A DNA stretch of 63,297 nt, filler included, from Barthelona sp. PAP020 (taxonomy: Eukaryota), in NCBI GenBank assembly GCA_040182905.1. It is 5 parts of 5 records of this genome, joined end to end, with 100 filler letters (N's around TTAATTAATTAA, not from the genome) between each part and the next. Parts side by side here need not be neighbours in the genome. Positions count along the whole stretch, not along the records: positions 50,812 to 63,297 come from JARQWU010000345.1; 4 more parts are not named here. The stretch is one strand, 5' to 3'. The stretch's first letter is position 1. Every line of letters begins with the position of its first letter. This document shows positions 52,183-63,017 of the stretch, one piece after another. The position numbers and the translations under genes were made by a program. Below the pieces are notes generated by a model. That model did not search any database. It worked only from the letters and a program-made list of their open reading frames with translations, and was not told the DNA's origin.

Positions 52183-53175
52183 TCAAACATCTAATAAAGG
52201 GATTGAGTCATTTGTTACATCATCTTCTGAAGGTTCTTTGAGAAAAATATCATCTTCTTTTGTTTGAATCAGATTTATAAAAATGAAACAGACTAAAAAT
52301 ATGAGCGAACCAATCTTTTGATAAAGAGTGATAACATGGTTTGAAAAAAAATAATCAAATAATATGCTTAAAGGAATAGTCAGGCCCAGACCAACAGAAC
52401 CGATAACAGGACTAGTTAAAGTACAACCCTTGACCCAAATGAATTCAGCAAAGGTCGTTCCAATCAACCCGTTTGCAACAACAAATAAAAACTGTTTCAA
52501 GGACGGTAGAATGAACACCTTTCTAGAAAACACAAATTCAATGGACAAACCAAGAGGAAACATGTACAAAAAAGTGTAAATTCCAACAAGCCCGAAGAAC
52601 GAAGAAATTTCATGCCTGGAAGCCTCTTTGTCTTTAAATATTACACCAATTAACATAGAGTAAAAACCAAAAACAATGGCGCTAAATAATGTTTCCAAAT
52701 CAGAAAAAAAAGTAACACTGGAAAATTTTAAATCATCATACATTGTTATCAAAATTCCAATAAATGCACCAAAAACTGCAATTATTTGAAAAAATGACGT
52801 TGCTTTACGCAAAAAAACTATAGAAAAAACCAAAGTGAATATTCCTCCTGAATTACAAATCAATTCAATCAAAGAAATAGCATCTTTAGCAATAAATAAA
52901 GCATCATTATAAAAATAATTCCCAAAGAAAAAAAGAAATGAATAAAGAAGAGCAGAATACTTGAATTTTTTGATGTACATTTGTCTTTCGGTTTTATCAA
53001 ACCTTAACCAACTAATTAAATTAACACTAAACAATATGTTTTCAACAGCAGTAAGACCAAATGGATTTTTCCACTCTGCACTGTGAAAAATGAATTGAAT
53101 AAAGGCAGCTGTTCCAACAAATAATATAACCACAATAAATATAAGAAATAACCCAAATGTATATGATAATTTCAT
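52183..53175 (-). CDS. DMT/EamA transporter, SLC35F-like
   Basis: About 10 TM helices; GNYFYN, GGIFTL, NGLIGT, LTSPVIGSVGLGLTIPLS; likely ATG 53175 because the track start overlaps the cystatin gene. Confidence 0.85.
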   Translation of the reverse strand: MKLSYTFGLFLIFIVVILFVGTAAFIQFIFHSAEWKNPFGLTAVENILFSVNLISWLRFDKTERQMYIKKFKYSALLYSFLFFFGNYFYNDALFIAKDAISLIELICNSGGIFTLVFSIVFLRKATSFFQIIAVFGAFIGILITMYDDLKFSSVTFFSDLETLFSAIVFGFYSMLIGVIFKDKEASRHEISSFFGLVGIYTFLYMFPLGLSIEFVFSRKVFILPSLKQFLFVVANGLIGTTFAEFIWVKGCTLTSPVIGSVGLGLTIPLSILFDYFFSNHVITLYQKIGSLIFLVCFIFINLIQTKEDDIFLKEPSEDDVTNDSIPLLDV

Positions 53176-53224
53176 TTTCAAAAATACAACAACATAAAAC
53201 AAAAAAAAAATATTACACTTTACA

Positions 53225-53557
53225 TCATCCAACAATATTAAAGGAAACAATTTTAGCTGAATCAAGCCATGGTTGTTCATGTATTTCAACAACATATATA
53301 AAATCACCAATCTTTATCTCATAAGCATATTTAACTCCAGCAACTACTTGAAGTCTGTATCGTAACAAGGTAAATTCTTGATCAATTTGTTCTTGAGATC
53401 CAGTTTCAAGAAAACGTTCTTTAATATCAGGAATAAATCTTTCAAATCTTTCATATATCCCATTTGAAGCTGGCTTCCATGGTGAATATCCCCCAGGAAT
53501 ACAAAAAGCAACAGATATTAAAACAAATGAAAACAATACACAATACTTGACTTGCAT
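53225..53557 (-). CDS. Secreted cystatin (cysteine protease inhibitor)
   Basis: Signal peptide, N-terminal PGGY glycine, QVVAG loop, C-terminal PW. Confidence 0.92.
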   Translation of the reverse strand: MQVKYCVLFSFVLISVAFCIPGGYSPWKPASNGIYERFERFIPDIKERFLETGSQEQIDQEFTLLRYRLQVVAGVKYAYEIKIGDFIYVVEIHEQPWLDSAKIVSFNIVG

Positions 53558-53762
53558 TTCAACAAAAAAAAAAATTTGTGATTTTTCTTTACAGGTCAGA
53601 ATAAAAAAGTTTATTTGTACAAAACAAAAGCATTTAAATATCCTAAAAAAATGAAATATTTTCTGAAAACTTGTTTTTCTTCTTTGTTGTGGGGCAAATC
53701 TTAGATTTCAAAAAAAGACCTTAAAATAGTTTAAAAACAACAAAAAAACTGTTTGAATTTTA

Positions 53763-54590
53763 ATGAATGGGTTTTTAATTAAATATTGTGAAGAATTTAA
53801 TCTTAACGGATTTGTTCATGGAGACGACATTCAAAAGAAGTGTATGCTTTTAATTTTAAATGGATTTGGCGATAAAATTAACTCATTACCATACATTGAA
53901 AAGATGACTTCATTTCTAAAAGAAAATTTTATCAATTGTTGTGTTGTTGACCTTGACACACGTGGAAGTGGAAATGGTTGTGCATTTAATGGATTAACAG
54001 AAATTTCTGAAGATGTAGAAAAGTTTATCACATATGCATCAACAAATTTCGGGATAAAAAAATTCATTTTATGGGGTTATTCTTCTGGTTGCAATGTTAT
54101 TTGCAGAATTGCACAGAGAAAACGAATTCCTTTGGACATTTGTATTAATTGTGTGTTACAAGCACCTGTCTCAGATTACGATTTTGCAAAGCATTATTCC
54201 AATTACAACAACAAATTAGATTATGCTATTGCAAATCCGGAGAAACTTTTACCTCTTGAACAACCTTTGACCTACATGAGAATGACAGGCAGTAGGTTTT
54301 TTAACCTTTATGCTCAAAATGGAGATGATGAGTATTTTTCAGCACACTTTGATGAAGAAACTCTTATCGAAAGATTTGAGCCTCTTAAATGTTTTAAAAA
54401 TGTTGTTTTATATTCTTTGAATGATGAATACGTGTTTTATGACGATTATTATTCGTACATTGAAAGGTTTTCAAAAGTTTTCCCCAATGTACATGTGTAT
54501 ACGATAAATGCAAATCATGATTTGTCAATTTGTGCTGATGAAGAATTTTCTAACATTTTGAAGCAAATATGTAGGTTTTTTTCTTTGTAA
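53763..54590 (+). CDS. DUF1749/UPF0613-like alpha/beta hydrolase
   Basis: GYSSG nucleophile elbow, LQAPVSD, DDEYFS, DEYV, ANH. Confidence 0.8.
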   Translation: MNGFLIKYCEEFNLNGFVHGDDIQKKCMLLILNGFGDKINSLPYIEKMTSFLKENFINCCVVDLDTRGSGNGCAFNGLTEISEDVEKFITYASTNFGIKKFILWGYSSGCNVICRIAQRKRIPLDICINCVLQAPVSDYDFAKHYSNYNNKLDYAIANPEKLLPLEQPLTYMRMTGSRFFNLYAQNGDDEYFSAHFDEETLIERFEPLKCFKNVVLYSLNDEYVFYDDYYSYIERFSKVFPNVHVYTINANHDLSICADEEFSNILKQICRFFSL

Positions 54591-55060
54591 TTTTATTTTG
54601 AATTGTATTTTTCATTTCAGCAATGATTCTATGTTTGTCACATCAAAACATTAAAAAATGATTTTTTTGATTTGTAGCTAGTATTTTCAAATGAAAATTG
54701 AAAACAACAAAAAATATAAAAAAGCTATTTCTCCTTTTTTTTTGAATTTGAACAAGATATTTGCGTTGGTAATTTGTTGTCGAACAAATTAAACAAATAG
54801 ATGGTATAAAAAGACAATTGAAATAAAAATATTTAAAAATATTAAAAAAATTGCATCTTGGAACGCACCAACAAACAAATTAATTGTACAAAAAAGACCC
54901 TTTAAATTTGAATTAAAAATAAATGATACAAGATTCATCTCAGATTGATCAATGGAAACGTGAAGACAAGAATTAAGAATTTTGAATTATTATTCAAACC
55001 AAAATTTGATTATTTATTAATTAATCAAGTGATAATTTTGTTAATGTGAATCGATTAAAA

Positions 55061-56503
55061 ATGCATGAACCGTTAATATCTCAAAGTTGTATGTATGAAG
55101 AGAAAAGCAAAAGACATACGTTTGGATGGACACTATTTCAAATGGTATATGAGCTAGGAGAATGTGTTATTGCTGGTGTTTTATTTACTTTAATCTTACA
55201 ACACAAAATTAAAGACAAAGATGATAGTGCTGCTTTAGTTACTTCATCAACAACCTTAGCGTATATCATTGGTACTTTTTTAGTGTTAATTGCTGGATTT
55301 TTTGTTGATTGCTTGAATCTGTCAAAAATAATTTGTTTGGTTTTTTCTTTAATATGTGGAATATGTGGACTCATCTGGGGAATATGTTTGAAATTTGACA
55401 ATATTTCCGTTCAGATACATTGTTTATTCTTTATTATCACTACATCGTTTTATAAAGTTCCCTTTATTTTAAATAATTCCTGGTTAAGGGCTTTTCCATC
55501 GTCTAAACGTAACACTTTGTCGCATTCAGCATTTGGATGTTCATATTTTTTATTATTTATATCTTTAGTCGTTGCTAGGCTAATTACTAGTTCATTATTT
55601 GACATTTTGCCGGAATTTTTGAAACAAAATCTTTTATTTTTGCGTTCTTGGCAATTGGAGGACATATTTTTGTATCTTACCATTGTTAATTTTGTCTTTA
55701 ATATTTTTTATGTCATCTGCATGTTGAATTTCAAACCGCCAACATCAAATCGACAAATTCAAACAAGTTCATTCATTTTCCCTTCTTTTCACAATTTTTT
55801 TCATTTAATTTTGAAGTTGTTATTTAGGAAACGACTAAAGATTGTTAGGCTAATGTTGTTTGGTCATAGTTTGTATGTTAGTGCTTTAATTGTTTTTTTT
55901 AAGCTACTAACTGCTTATTATTTGCATTGTTGGGATTTTTCCGAAGAAGTTAAACAGCAAAACGCTCTGTTTGTTACTTCAATATATACTTTAATACAAA
56001 GTATCAGTGCTATTTTAGGTTTTGTGATAATGAAATTTTTCTCTAAAAAAAATGCTTACAATTTCAAGGCAAATGCCATAGCTCTAATGGTGCAAGATGT
56101 ATTATTGATTCTTTTATTTGTTAGTTTATATTTTACCACAATGAATGACAGTGCAACATCTTTGAAATGTGCTAATTTGGTTTGTTGGTGTATTGGTGGT
56201 GTTTCAGCAATATCAATGTCTATTTCTAGGAGTTTTTTGACTAGTATTGTGCCAAAAAAAAACATTTCTTTTTATATGGCCATTTCTGCTTCTTTAGCTA
56301 TAGTTTTTCAAGCTTTATTATCATTATTATGCAGTTGGCTACAAAAAGCTTTTCATCATATGGACTATTTCCCTTTCCTTTTGGCATTTTGGTGCATATT
56401 TTCTTTATTCTTTATGATAAGAATTATTAATACCAAAGTTATCAAGTATTCTCATCCGAATAGCATGAGGTTTTCTTCTGATGGAAGTGAGAAATCAGTT
56501 TAA
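55061..56503 (+). CDS. MFS transporter, Atg22/UMF1-like
   Basis: About 12 TM helices; SRSFLTSIVP...FY motif in the C-terminal half; first ATG at 55061. Confidence 0.7.
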   Translation: MHEPLISQSCMYEEKSKRHTFGWTLFQMVYELGECVIAGVLFTLILQHKIKDKDDSAALVTSSTTLAYIIGTFLVLIAGFFVDCLNLSKIICLVFSLICGICGLIWGICLKFDNISVQIHCLFFIITTSFYKVPFILNNSWLRAFPSSKRNTLSHSAFGCSYFLLFISLVVARLITSSLFDILPEFLKQNLLFLRSWQLEDIFLYLTIVNFVFNIFYVICMLNFKPPTSNRQIQTSSFIFPSFHNFFHLILKLLFRKRLKIVRLMLFGHSLYVSALIVFFKLLTAYYLHCWDFSEEVKQQNALFVTSIYTLIQSISAILGFVIMKFFSKKNAYNFKANAIALMVQDVLLILLFVSLYFTTMNDSATSLKCANLVCWCIGGVSAISMSISRSFLTSIVPKKNISFYMAISASLAIVFQALLSLLCSWLQKAFHHMDYFPFLLAFWCIFSLFFMIRIINTKVIKYSHPNSMRFSSDGSEKSV

Positions 56504-56673
56504 ATGAATTTTACAAAACATATTCAAAGTTGTTTACTTGAAAAATGACTTGCTTTTCTTTTTCACATCAGAAATCACATAAATGTTTTGCTTTTTTTTT
56601 TGTTTGAATTTTTTTGTCATTGTTTCATTTGAAATGTTTCAAGAAGTGAAAAAAAAAAGAATGGATCTAAGAA

Positions 56674-58569
56674 CTATTTATTCTTTGCAAAGGGATTGCC
56701 AGAAGTTTTTACTCCAGATTTTTCTTTCTTTCCAAATGGAGATTCTCCCTTGTTTGGTTTAAAAACTGAAGAGCCACGAGATTGAAAAGGATTTGATGAT
56801 GATGAAAATGGGCTTGGAGATTTTTTTGCTGTAAAAGAACTTTCACCCTTTTCTTTATTTAATGATGTATTTTTAAAAGGATTTATTCTGGTCTCTGATG
56901 AAGGTTTTACAATCACTTTTTCTTGTGAAATTTCTGCCTTGTTTTTTGAAAAAGGATTAGCCTTAGCAAAGGGATTTGCATTTGAACTGGAACTGGAACT
57001 TTTATTCGAAGCAAGGCCAAAACTGGTTGGACTTCCAAAAGTTGTCTTTGATTTTTCTTGCTGTGATGATCCAAAAGGATTCGCAGGCTTGGTTTTTTCA
57101 TTTCCACTTTGAAAAGGATTACCAATCACAGATTTCTTTGTATTGGTAGCAGTGTTTAAAAAGGGGTTGATTGGCTTTTTAGGTTTGATAGTTGCAGATT
57201 CAACACTTTTTGTTTCAACTTCTTCAGATGATTCAACCTTTGTTTCTTTTGATTCGGATTCATCTTTTGTTTTTGCTAATTCAGGAACTTTTGGAGCAGA
57301 AACTGTATCTTTTTGATTTTGATTATTTTCAGGCTCTTCAGACTTTTTCAATATGGAATCCTTTTTGTTCAATTTAAATATGGGCTTCTTGATTTCAACA
57401 ACTGCTTTTTCCTTTTCAACAGCATTTAAAACTGTATGCTCTGTTTTTTGTTCTGTTTTTGGTTCAGGTAAATTATTTTCAGATTTCTTTACCTCCACAT
57501 CTTTATTTTTGTTTCCCAGTTGAATGCCTGATGGCTTCAACTTAAATTGACTCACTTGTTTTTCCTCAACAGTGGTTTCAGTTTTATCCTTGTTGAGTTT
57601 AAATTTCAAAGATTTTGCAACTTTAATTGGTTTGGGAGTAGTCAATGGACCATTAGGTGTATCAGGCAGCAATTCATCCCTAGTCATTGGTTTATCATTA
57701 TTTTTGATTGGTGTTGTCTTCAATACATTATCAACAACTGATGGTTCTGCGTGTTTTTCCATACTTTTTTCCTCTTTTTCTTCAAATAATTTACTATCAG
57801 ATTTTTCAATGACTAATTCTTCTTTTTCCAGTTTTTCAACGTCTTTAGCAATGACAGGCTTAAGAATTGGTTTAAGCAATGTCTTCTCCTCAACAGTATC
57901 TTTATTCAAAGAAACCTTTGAAGGTAGCTTGAACTTTGGTAAACTTTTTGTTTCTTCAACAACAGCACTTGTAATTAATACATCTTTTTCCTTTGACTTC
58001 AAAGAAATATCATTTGATTGTGCTACAGACAAGAGAATATCCTTGTCTTCTTCAGCATTAATAACAGGAACTTTTTTAATTGATTCTTCCTTATCAATAT
58101 CAACAACAGATTTTTTTAGTCGACTCAATAACATGTTTTTTGGCAACCCTAACCTTGAAGGAATAGTTTTATTGGACGAAAAAGGGGATTCTTTCGTTCT
58201 TTCCTGCTCTTCATTACCATCCCCTCTGATCTTTGGTTGTTTTGGTTTAAATTTTGTCATATCAATCTTTTCTTCTGATAAAAGCTCTTGTTTTTTCTGA
58301 GGAGTGACTATATTTCTCAAATTTAACTGCCCTTTTTTTGAAACCTTTAAAAACATTGGTTTGGAACCAACACGAGAAGTTCTAATTTCTGAATATTTTA
58401 ATTTAGGTTTATTTGGATAAGGAGATGAAAGAGAATGCTTATCATTCTCAAAAATGGTAGCTAAAATCCTTTTGGCAGTTTCAGAAGGCTGAACTATTGA
58501 TTTGTATTCTGGTGCTCTTTTTGCAGATTGGGTTGATAAAATTGAAGATGTTCTGTATCGATTTTGCAT
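56674..58569 (-). CDS. Disordered K/E/S-rich protein with C-terminal NPF repeats; candidate nuclear-basket nucleoporin
   Basis: 631 aa; 8 NPF plus SPF/TFG/SFG units at the C terminus, FKL repeats centrally, N-terminal SETAKRILATIFE helix. Confidence 0.6.
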   Translation of the reverse strand: MQNRYRTSSILSTQSAKRAPEYKSIVQPSETAKRILATIFENDKHSLSSPYPNKPKLKYSEIRTSRVGSKPMFLKVSKKGQLNLRNIVTPQKKQELLSEEKIDMTKFKPKQPKIRGDGNEEQERTKESPFSSNKTIPSRLGLPKNMLLSRLKKSVVDIDKEESIKKVPVINAEEDKDILLSVAQSNDISLKSKEKDVLITSAVVEETKSLPKFKLPSKVSLNKDTVEEKTLLKPILKPVIAKDVEKLEKEELVIEKSDSKLFEEKEEKSMEKHAEPSVVDNVLKTTPIKNNDKPMTRDELLPDTPNGPLTTPKPIKVAKSLKFKLNKDKTETTVEEKQVSQFKLKPSGIQLGNKNKDVEVKKSENNLPEPKTEQKTEHTVLNAVEKEKAVVEIKKPIFKLNKKDSILKKSEEPENNQNQKDTVSAPKVPELAKTKDESESKETKVESSEEVETKSVESATIKPKKPINPFLNTATNTKKSVIGNPFQSGNEKTKPANPFGSSQQEKSKTTFGSPTSFGLASNKSSSSSSNANPFAKANPFSKNKAEISQEKVIVKPSSETRINPFKNTSLNKEKGESSFTAKKSPSPFSSSSNPFQSRGSSVFKPNKGESPFGKKEKSGVKTSGNPFAKNK

Positions 58570-59401
58570 GTTAAAAAAAAAAAAATTATCTCTTCAAGAA
58601 TTAATGTGAAAAAGGGATTTTAAACTCTTGAAATCACTCAAAATCTCAATAAACGAGCAATCAAACAGGAAGAAGATAAAATTTTCTTTTGGAAACACTT
58701 CTGGTTAAAAACAAACACTGACTAACAATCGTTCGAATTAAAAAAAAATCATTCTAATTCAAAAAATACAAGATATTTACATTGAAATACAAATTATAAA
58801 CCATTTTGAATTGGAAAGTGAACGAACAATTTTTCAATTGAAACAAAAACAAATATAGTGATGCAACACTTTTTGCAACACTGGAAGTTATTAAGAAATT
58901 TTTTTCAATGAAGGGGAAAACTTGATAAAAGTCCAATTTAAAAACTCTAGCAGAATTTTTTGGCTTCATAATTTTTATCATGACTTTTATCCTTTTGTGT
59001 GAGGAAAAGCATGCATATTAAACCAAATAGTTTCATTCGTGCTTAACAAATCTCAACTCCAGTAAATAATGATGTTAAAATCTTTTCATTAATATAAATG
59101 CCCCAACAATCAATTGTCTAAAAATTTGAAATTCTATATTCATGTCAAAAGGATTTCTCACAACAAAAAGAAAATTTAAATGTTTAAAAACTTCAGAAGA
59201 GGAAAAACAATCTAGCAACAGTGATTTTTGTTCCAAAATCTTATGCTTGCAAATTTTTTTGTAGCCAAAATCGTTACTCTGGATCACCAGAAGAATTGCT
59301 GAAGAAAAAAAAAAAAAAAAAAAAACACATTTGAGTATTTATGTAAAACAAAATCACAGAATAAAAACAGAAAAATACAAGTTGCAATGTAGATAAAGAT
59401 G

Positions 59402-59767
59402 TTAATTTGTATTTTCCTGAATATCATCCAATTTTGTTTCAACAGAATTTTTTTCTGACAAATATTCACGAACTCGCTTATTCAAATTTATTCTCAAGTC
59501 TTGTGGAAATGTTTCTCGGGCAAATGTTGAGATTTCATTCGACAACACTTCTGAATCAATGCTGTTACCACTTTTTGACCTTATCACTTCCATGCAATGT
59601 TTTTTCAATTGCTCTCGCCATCCACCATTTATTAATTCAGCATGTAAAATCGCTCTCAATTCGGTCTCATATCCTTCAGTTGCCAACATTTCTTGCATTT
59701 GTAAGGTAAGTGATTCTTCGGAATAGTATTTTGATTGGTTCATTATTGGTTCTTGATCATCAGACAT
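59402..59767 (-). CDS. ENY2: ENY2/Sus1 (SAGA DUB module / TREX-2 subunit)
   Basis: LATEGYETELRAILHAELINGGWREQLKKHC...ARETFPQDLR...RVREYL; likely ATG 59767. Confidence 0.88.
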   Translation of the reverse strand: MSDDQEPIMNQSKYYSEESLTLQMQEMLATEGYETELRAILHAELINGGWREQLKKHCMEVIRSKSGNSIDSEVLSNEISTFARETFPQDLRINLNKRVREYLSEKNSVETKLDDIQENTN

Positions 59768-59985
59768 AATTAAGTGTTTGAAAAGAAAAATTGTAAAAAA
59801 TGATAACCTCCAAAAAAGAACACCCATAAAAGATTTGAAAAAACACTTTGTTGCCAAATGATGGCAAATTCAAAAAGCATTGAATCGATCAATATAAGCC
59901 TGTAGAATTTGTGGAATTTATGAAAAACAAATCAAAAAAAAAAGAACAAAAGTCATTTAATCAACACAATAAAATAATTTACAAA

Positions 59986-62379
59986 CTAATCAACATTTTC
60001 CTGAACCAATTTTAATTCACGAACCAATTGTCTATGTTGTTTCTCAAACCTCTGTAACCTTTCTCTTTGAGCTTGTTGCTCTTTTTCTTGACGTAATTCT
60101 TCATCTTGACAGAACTGTATCCAATTATCTCTAAATTCTTTATGTTGACTTGGTGCTTCTTGAACTTCCTTTCTAAAGTCAGGAGATAATAAATCTAAGG
60201 ACAACTCTTTGCGTTTTTCTAATTCAGCTTGAAGTTTGGCAGATTTCTTCTTCTCTTCATCCAACATGCGTTGACTTCTTTCCAACTGTGTTTCAATGAT
60301 TTCCAATTCTTCACTCATCTTAGCTTCAGCCTTATCCAATTCAGTTACTCCTAATTCCTCCAAATTGACAATCAAACCTGGTTGCAAATCTGCAATAACA
60401 TCATTATTTTCAGACTCTTCAGAAATATCGTCATCATATTCCTCATTAAACATGTGATCGCGTTCACTAACAAAAATAACCAAATCATTAAGATGTTCCC
60501 TTGCTCTTTGAGGAAGGTCATACACCAAATCATGTTCCAAGTCAATCGTTTCTCTATATTCACGGGTCTCCAATGAAATTTGGTTTGCTAACTCTAAATC
60601 TCGAGGTCTGATGGTGTCACGAATAACCCCCAACACACGCATTAATTCACCAAAACCACTATTGTCATTGTCCCAATGTTGATCAAACATCGTCAAATTA
60701 GTTGATTTATTCATCGCCATGTCAATAATATTCTGTGCAGGCAAATGATCAGTTGTTTTCCTCAATCTTACAAGATCTTTTGCTTCACCTTGGAAGATAT
60801 CTGAAAATTTATTTGCAATGTTGCCCAATTGATTATCAACCTTGTTGGTCATAGTTTCAACATCTTCCATAATAACTTTTTCCAGTTCTTCTTCCTTTGC
60901 ATTTATCAATTCATCACTAACACCAGCAACAGGAAATTGAAGTTTTTCAGGTGGAACTAACTCACGAAGATCAACCTTTATTTCAGAAGGATATCCTATT
61001 GCCATATATGATTCAACTTCCAATTGTTCTAATTCTTTACGTTTGCGATGTTTTTCAGCAAGAATATTAGTAATTCTAGAATGATAGGCCTTTGGATTGT
61101 TTTTCCTTTCAGGACTCTTGATAGAACGCTTTTCTTTCAGTTTATCGCTGAGTTCGTTACCTTTTTTCACAGTGTCCAACAAATGGAGGGGTGTTTTATT
61201 TTTTTTTGATTTGGTCTGTTTAGAATCCATTTTTGAAGAATTGACAACTATTTCAGGCTTAGTTTGAGGTAATATTACAGTTGGTGTGCTCAATTCAATA
61301 TCGCTAATTTTGGTTGAATCTAAGCCAGGACGAGTACGAGGAGGTGAAGGCTTAATATTCTCTTCAAACATAGCAACAAAGTCGGAACTATCCTTCAACA
61401 AAGCAGCTTTGAAAGCATTACGTTCAGAAGCCCTTTGTTTAATTTTGTTCATTGCTTCTCTAAATTGAAGTGTTCTTTCAGTGTCATCTGCTTCTTGAAT
61501 TAAGCTAAGATCAACTTTCAATTCTTTTTCAACTGCAGTTTGAGTTCTTTGTGGAGATTTTTGAGGTGGTGTGACAGGTCTTGATGCTGTGGTCAATTTA
61601 TTGTTAATTTGCCCCAAAGAAATGAATCTATTGTAAATTTCTTCACTTATCAGAGGACAATTCCACTCTTCTGCCTCTCTGAAAAAAGAAAAATCCCCAA
61701 CCAAATAATCAAGACAATTATCAATAACTCTATCAGCTTTTAAAACATTTGCAAGAATAAATACTCCAAAGATACTAAAATTCGTGAAACCGCAAAGATT
61801 TGAAATTTCCTCATAAGACTGTATCTCTTCTATGACTGGAGCAACTTCAGTCTCATATTCCTCAATAATTTCAGCTTCTTTACTTTCATATTCTTCTTTC
61901 AAATCAAACAGTTCAATTTCCTTTTGTGTACTAGCTTCAACAGAAATATCATGAAGAACATTTTTAAATTTCTCAGGTGAATCACCCATAATTTTTCCTA
62001 ACAATTCAGTTTGTTCATTTAAATGTACTTCATACTTCTTTAAAATCCTGGTTCGCTTCAATTCACATTCTAATGCCAACGTATCTATCTCTGAATTTTT
62101 CCAATTCAATAAATTCAAGAATTTATTCCTTTCTTTTAAAAATTGAGAAATATATTTTTCATGCAATAGGTAATTGGTCAAAAATATGAAATTAATTTCA
62201 TTAAATGCATCATACAATTCTTTGATGTCTTTTACTAACCTGTGGGGATGAAATTCAATGGTTTGAGCATTTGATTTTGAGAAGTTTTCTTTTAATTCCT
62301 CAGAAATTGTTAATAATATTGGATCAATTTCGATTTCTACACAATTATCTTCCGATAAATATAACAGTATTATCGGCAT
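59986..62379 (-). CDS. Hypothetical coiled-coil protein, possible BTB/BACK-like N-terminal region
   Basis: 797-aa ORF; 'VFILANVLKADRVIDNCLDYLVGDF...EEW' resembles BACK helices; E/K/Q-rich C terminus. Confidence 0.7.
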   Translation of the reverse strand: MPIILLYLSEDNCVEIEIDPILLTISEELKENFSKSNAQTIEFHPHRLVKDIKELYDAFNEINFIFLTNYLLHEKYISQFLKERNKFLNLLNWKNSEIDTLALECELKRTRILKKYEVHLNEQTELLGKIMGDSPEKFKNVLHDISVEASTQKEIELFDLKEEYESKEAEIIEEYETEVAPVIEEIQSYEEISNLCGFTNFSIFGVFILANVLKADRVIDNCLDYLVGDFSFFREAEEWNCPLISEEIYNRFISLGQINNKLTTASRPVTPPQKSPQRTQTAVEKELKVDLSLIQEADDTERTLQFREAMNKIKQRASERNAFKAALLKDSSDFVAMFEENIKPSPPRTRPGLDSTKISDIELSTPTVILPQTKPEIVVNSSKMDSKQTKSKKNKTPLHLLDTVKKGNELSDKLKEKRSIKSPERKNNPKAYHSRITNILAEKHRKRKELEQLEVESYMAIGYPSEIKVDLRELVPPEKLQFPVAGVSDELINAKEEELEKVIMEDVETMTNKVDNQLGNIANKFSDIFQGEAKDLVRLRKTTDHLPAQNIIDMAMNKSTNLTMFDQHWDNDNSGFGELMRVLGVIRDTIRPRDLELANQISLETREYRETIDLEHDLVYDLPQRAREHLNDLVIFVSERDHMFNEEYDDDISEESENNDVIADLQPGLIVNLEELGVTELDKAEAKMSEELEIIETQLERSQRMLDEEKKKSAKLQAELEKRKELSLDLLSPDFRKEVQEAPSQHKEFRDNWIQFCQDEELRQEKEQQAQRERLQRFEKQHRQLVRELKLVQENVD

Positions 62380-62896
62380 TCTGAAATTAAAAAAAAAAAA
62401 ATTTCAAATAATATTTTCACAAAGCCTTTCCAATTCATCCACATTTTAATTGGTGACAAAATTGTCAGATATGGGAGAGAATTGAAAAGTTTTTTTAAAA
62501 AATTGCAATTTTATGTCAGTTTGTTAAAAAAAAGTAGCAGCATGAAGAAAGAGTAATAAATGTGAAATTTTTTGTTCAACCAAAAAGCAAAACAAATTTG
62601 AAAAAGGTGATTGAAAGCTTTCCACTTGAAATATTTTATTGTCGATTTTTGAAAAGCTTCAAAAAAAGTAAACAAAAGAATGAGCGATCAAAAAGCTTGG
62701 CCTGATAGGTACGACCTTGCAATATGAACAATTCTTTAAAACAATGTTGAATCTCATTAATTAGGAAAACTTCATCATTCATCTAATTTTCAAAACAAAA
62801 AAAACAGTAAACTATAAAGTTTTAGGTAACTTTGCAACAAATTAAATTGAAATGAAGACTCTAAGTAAAACTTTGCAAGCCAACCAGAGTTATTTC

Positions 62897-63017
62897 CAAG
62901 TCGAGGAGCACTGGCGTATGAGTGAATAAAAAAGAACAGTGTTTATTTGGTTAAAGACTTTCGAGGCCCGTTTGATCTATTAAAATACTTTGGGTTTTCT
63001 AACGTAAAGTTCAAACT
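62897..63017 (+). repeat. Dispersed non-coding element, copy B
   Basis: Homologous to 25131-25253. Confidence 0.75.
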
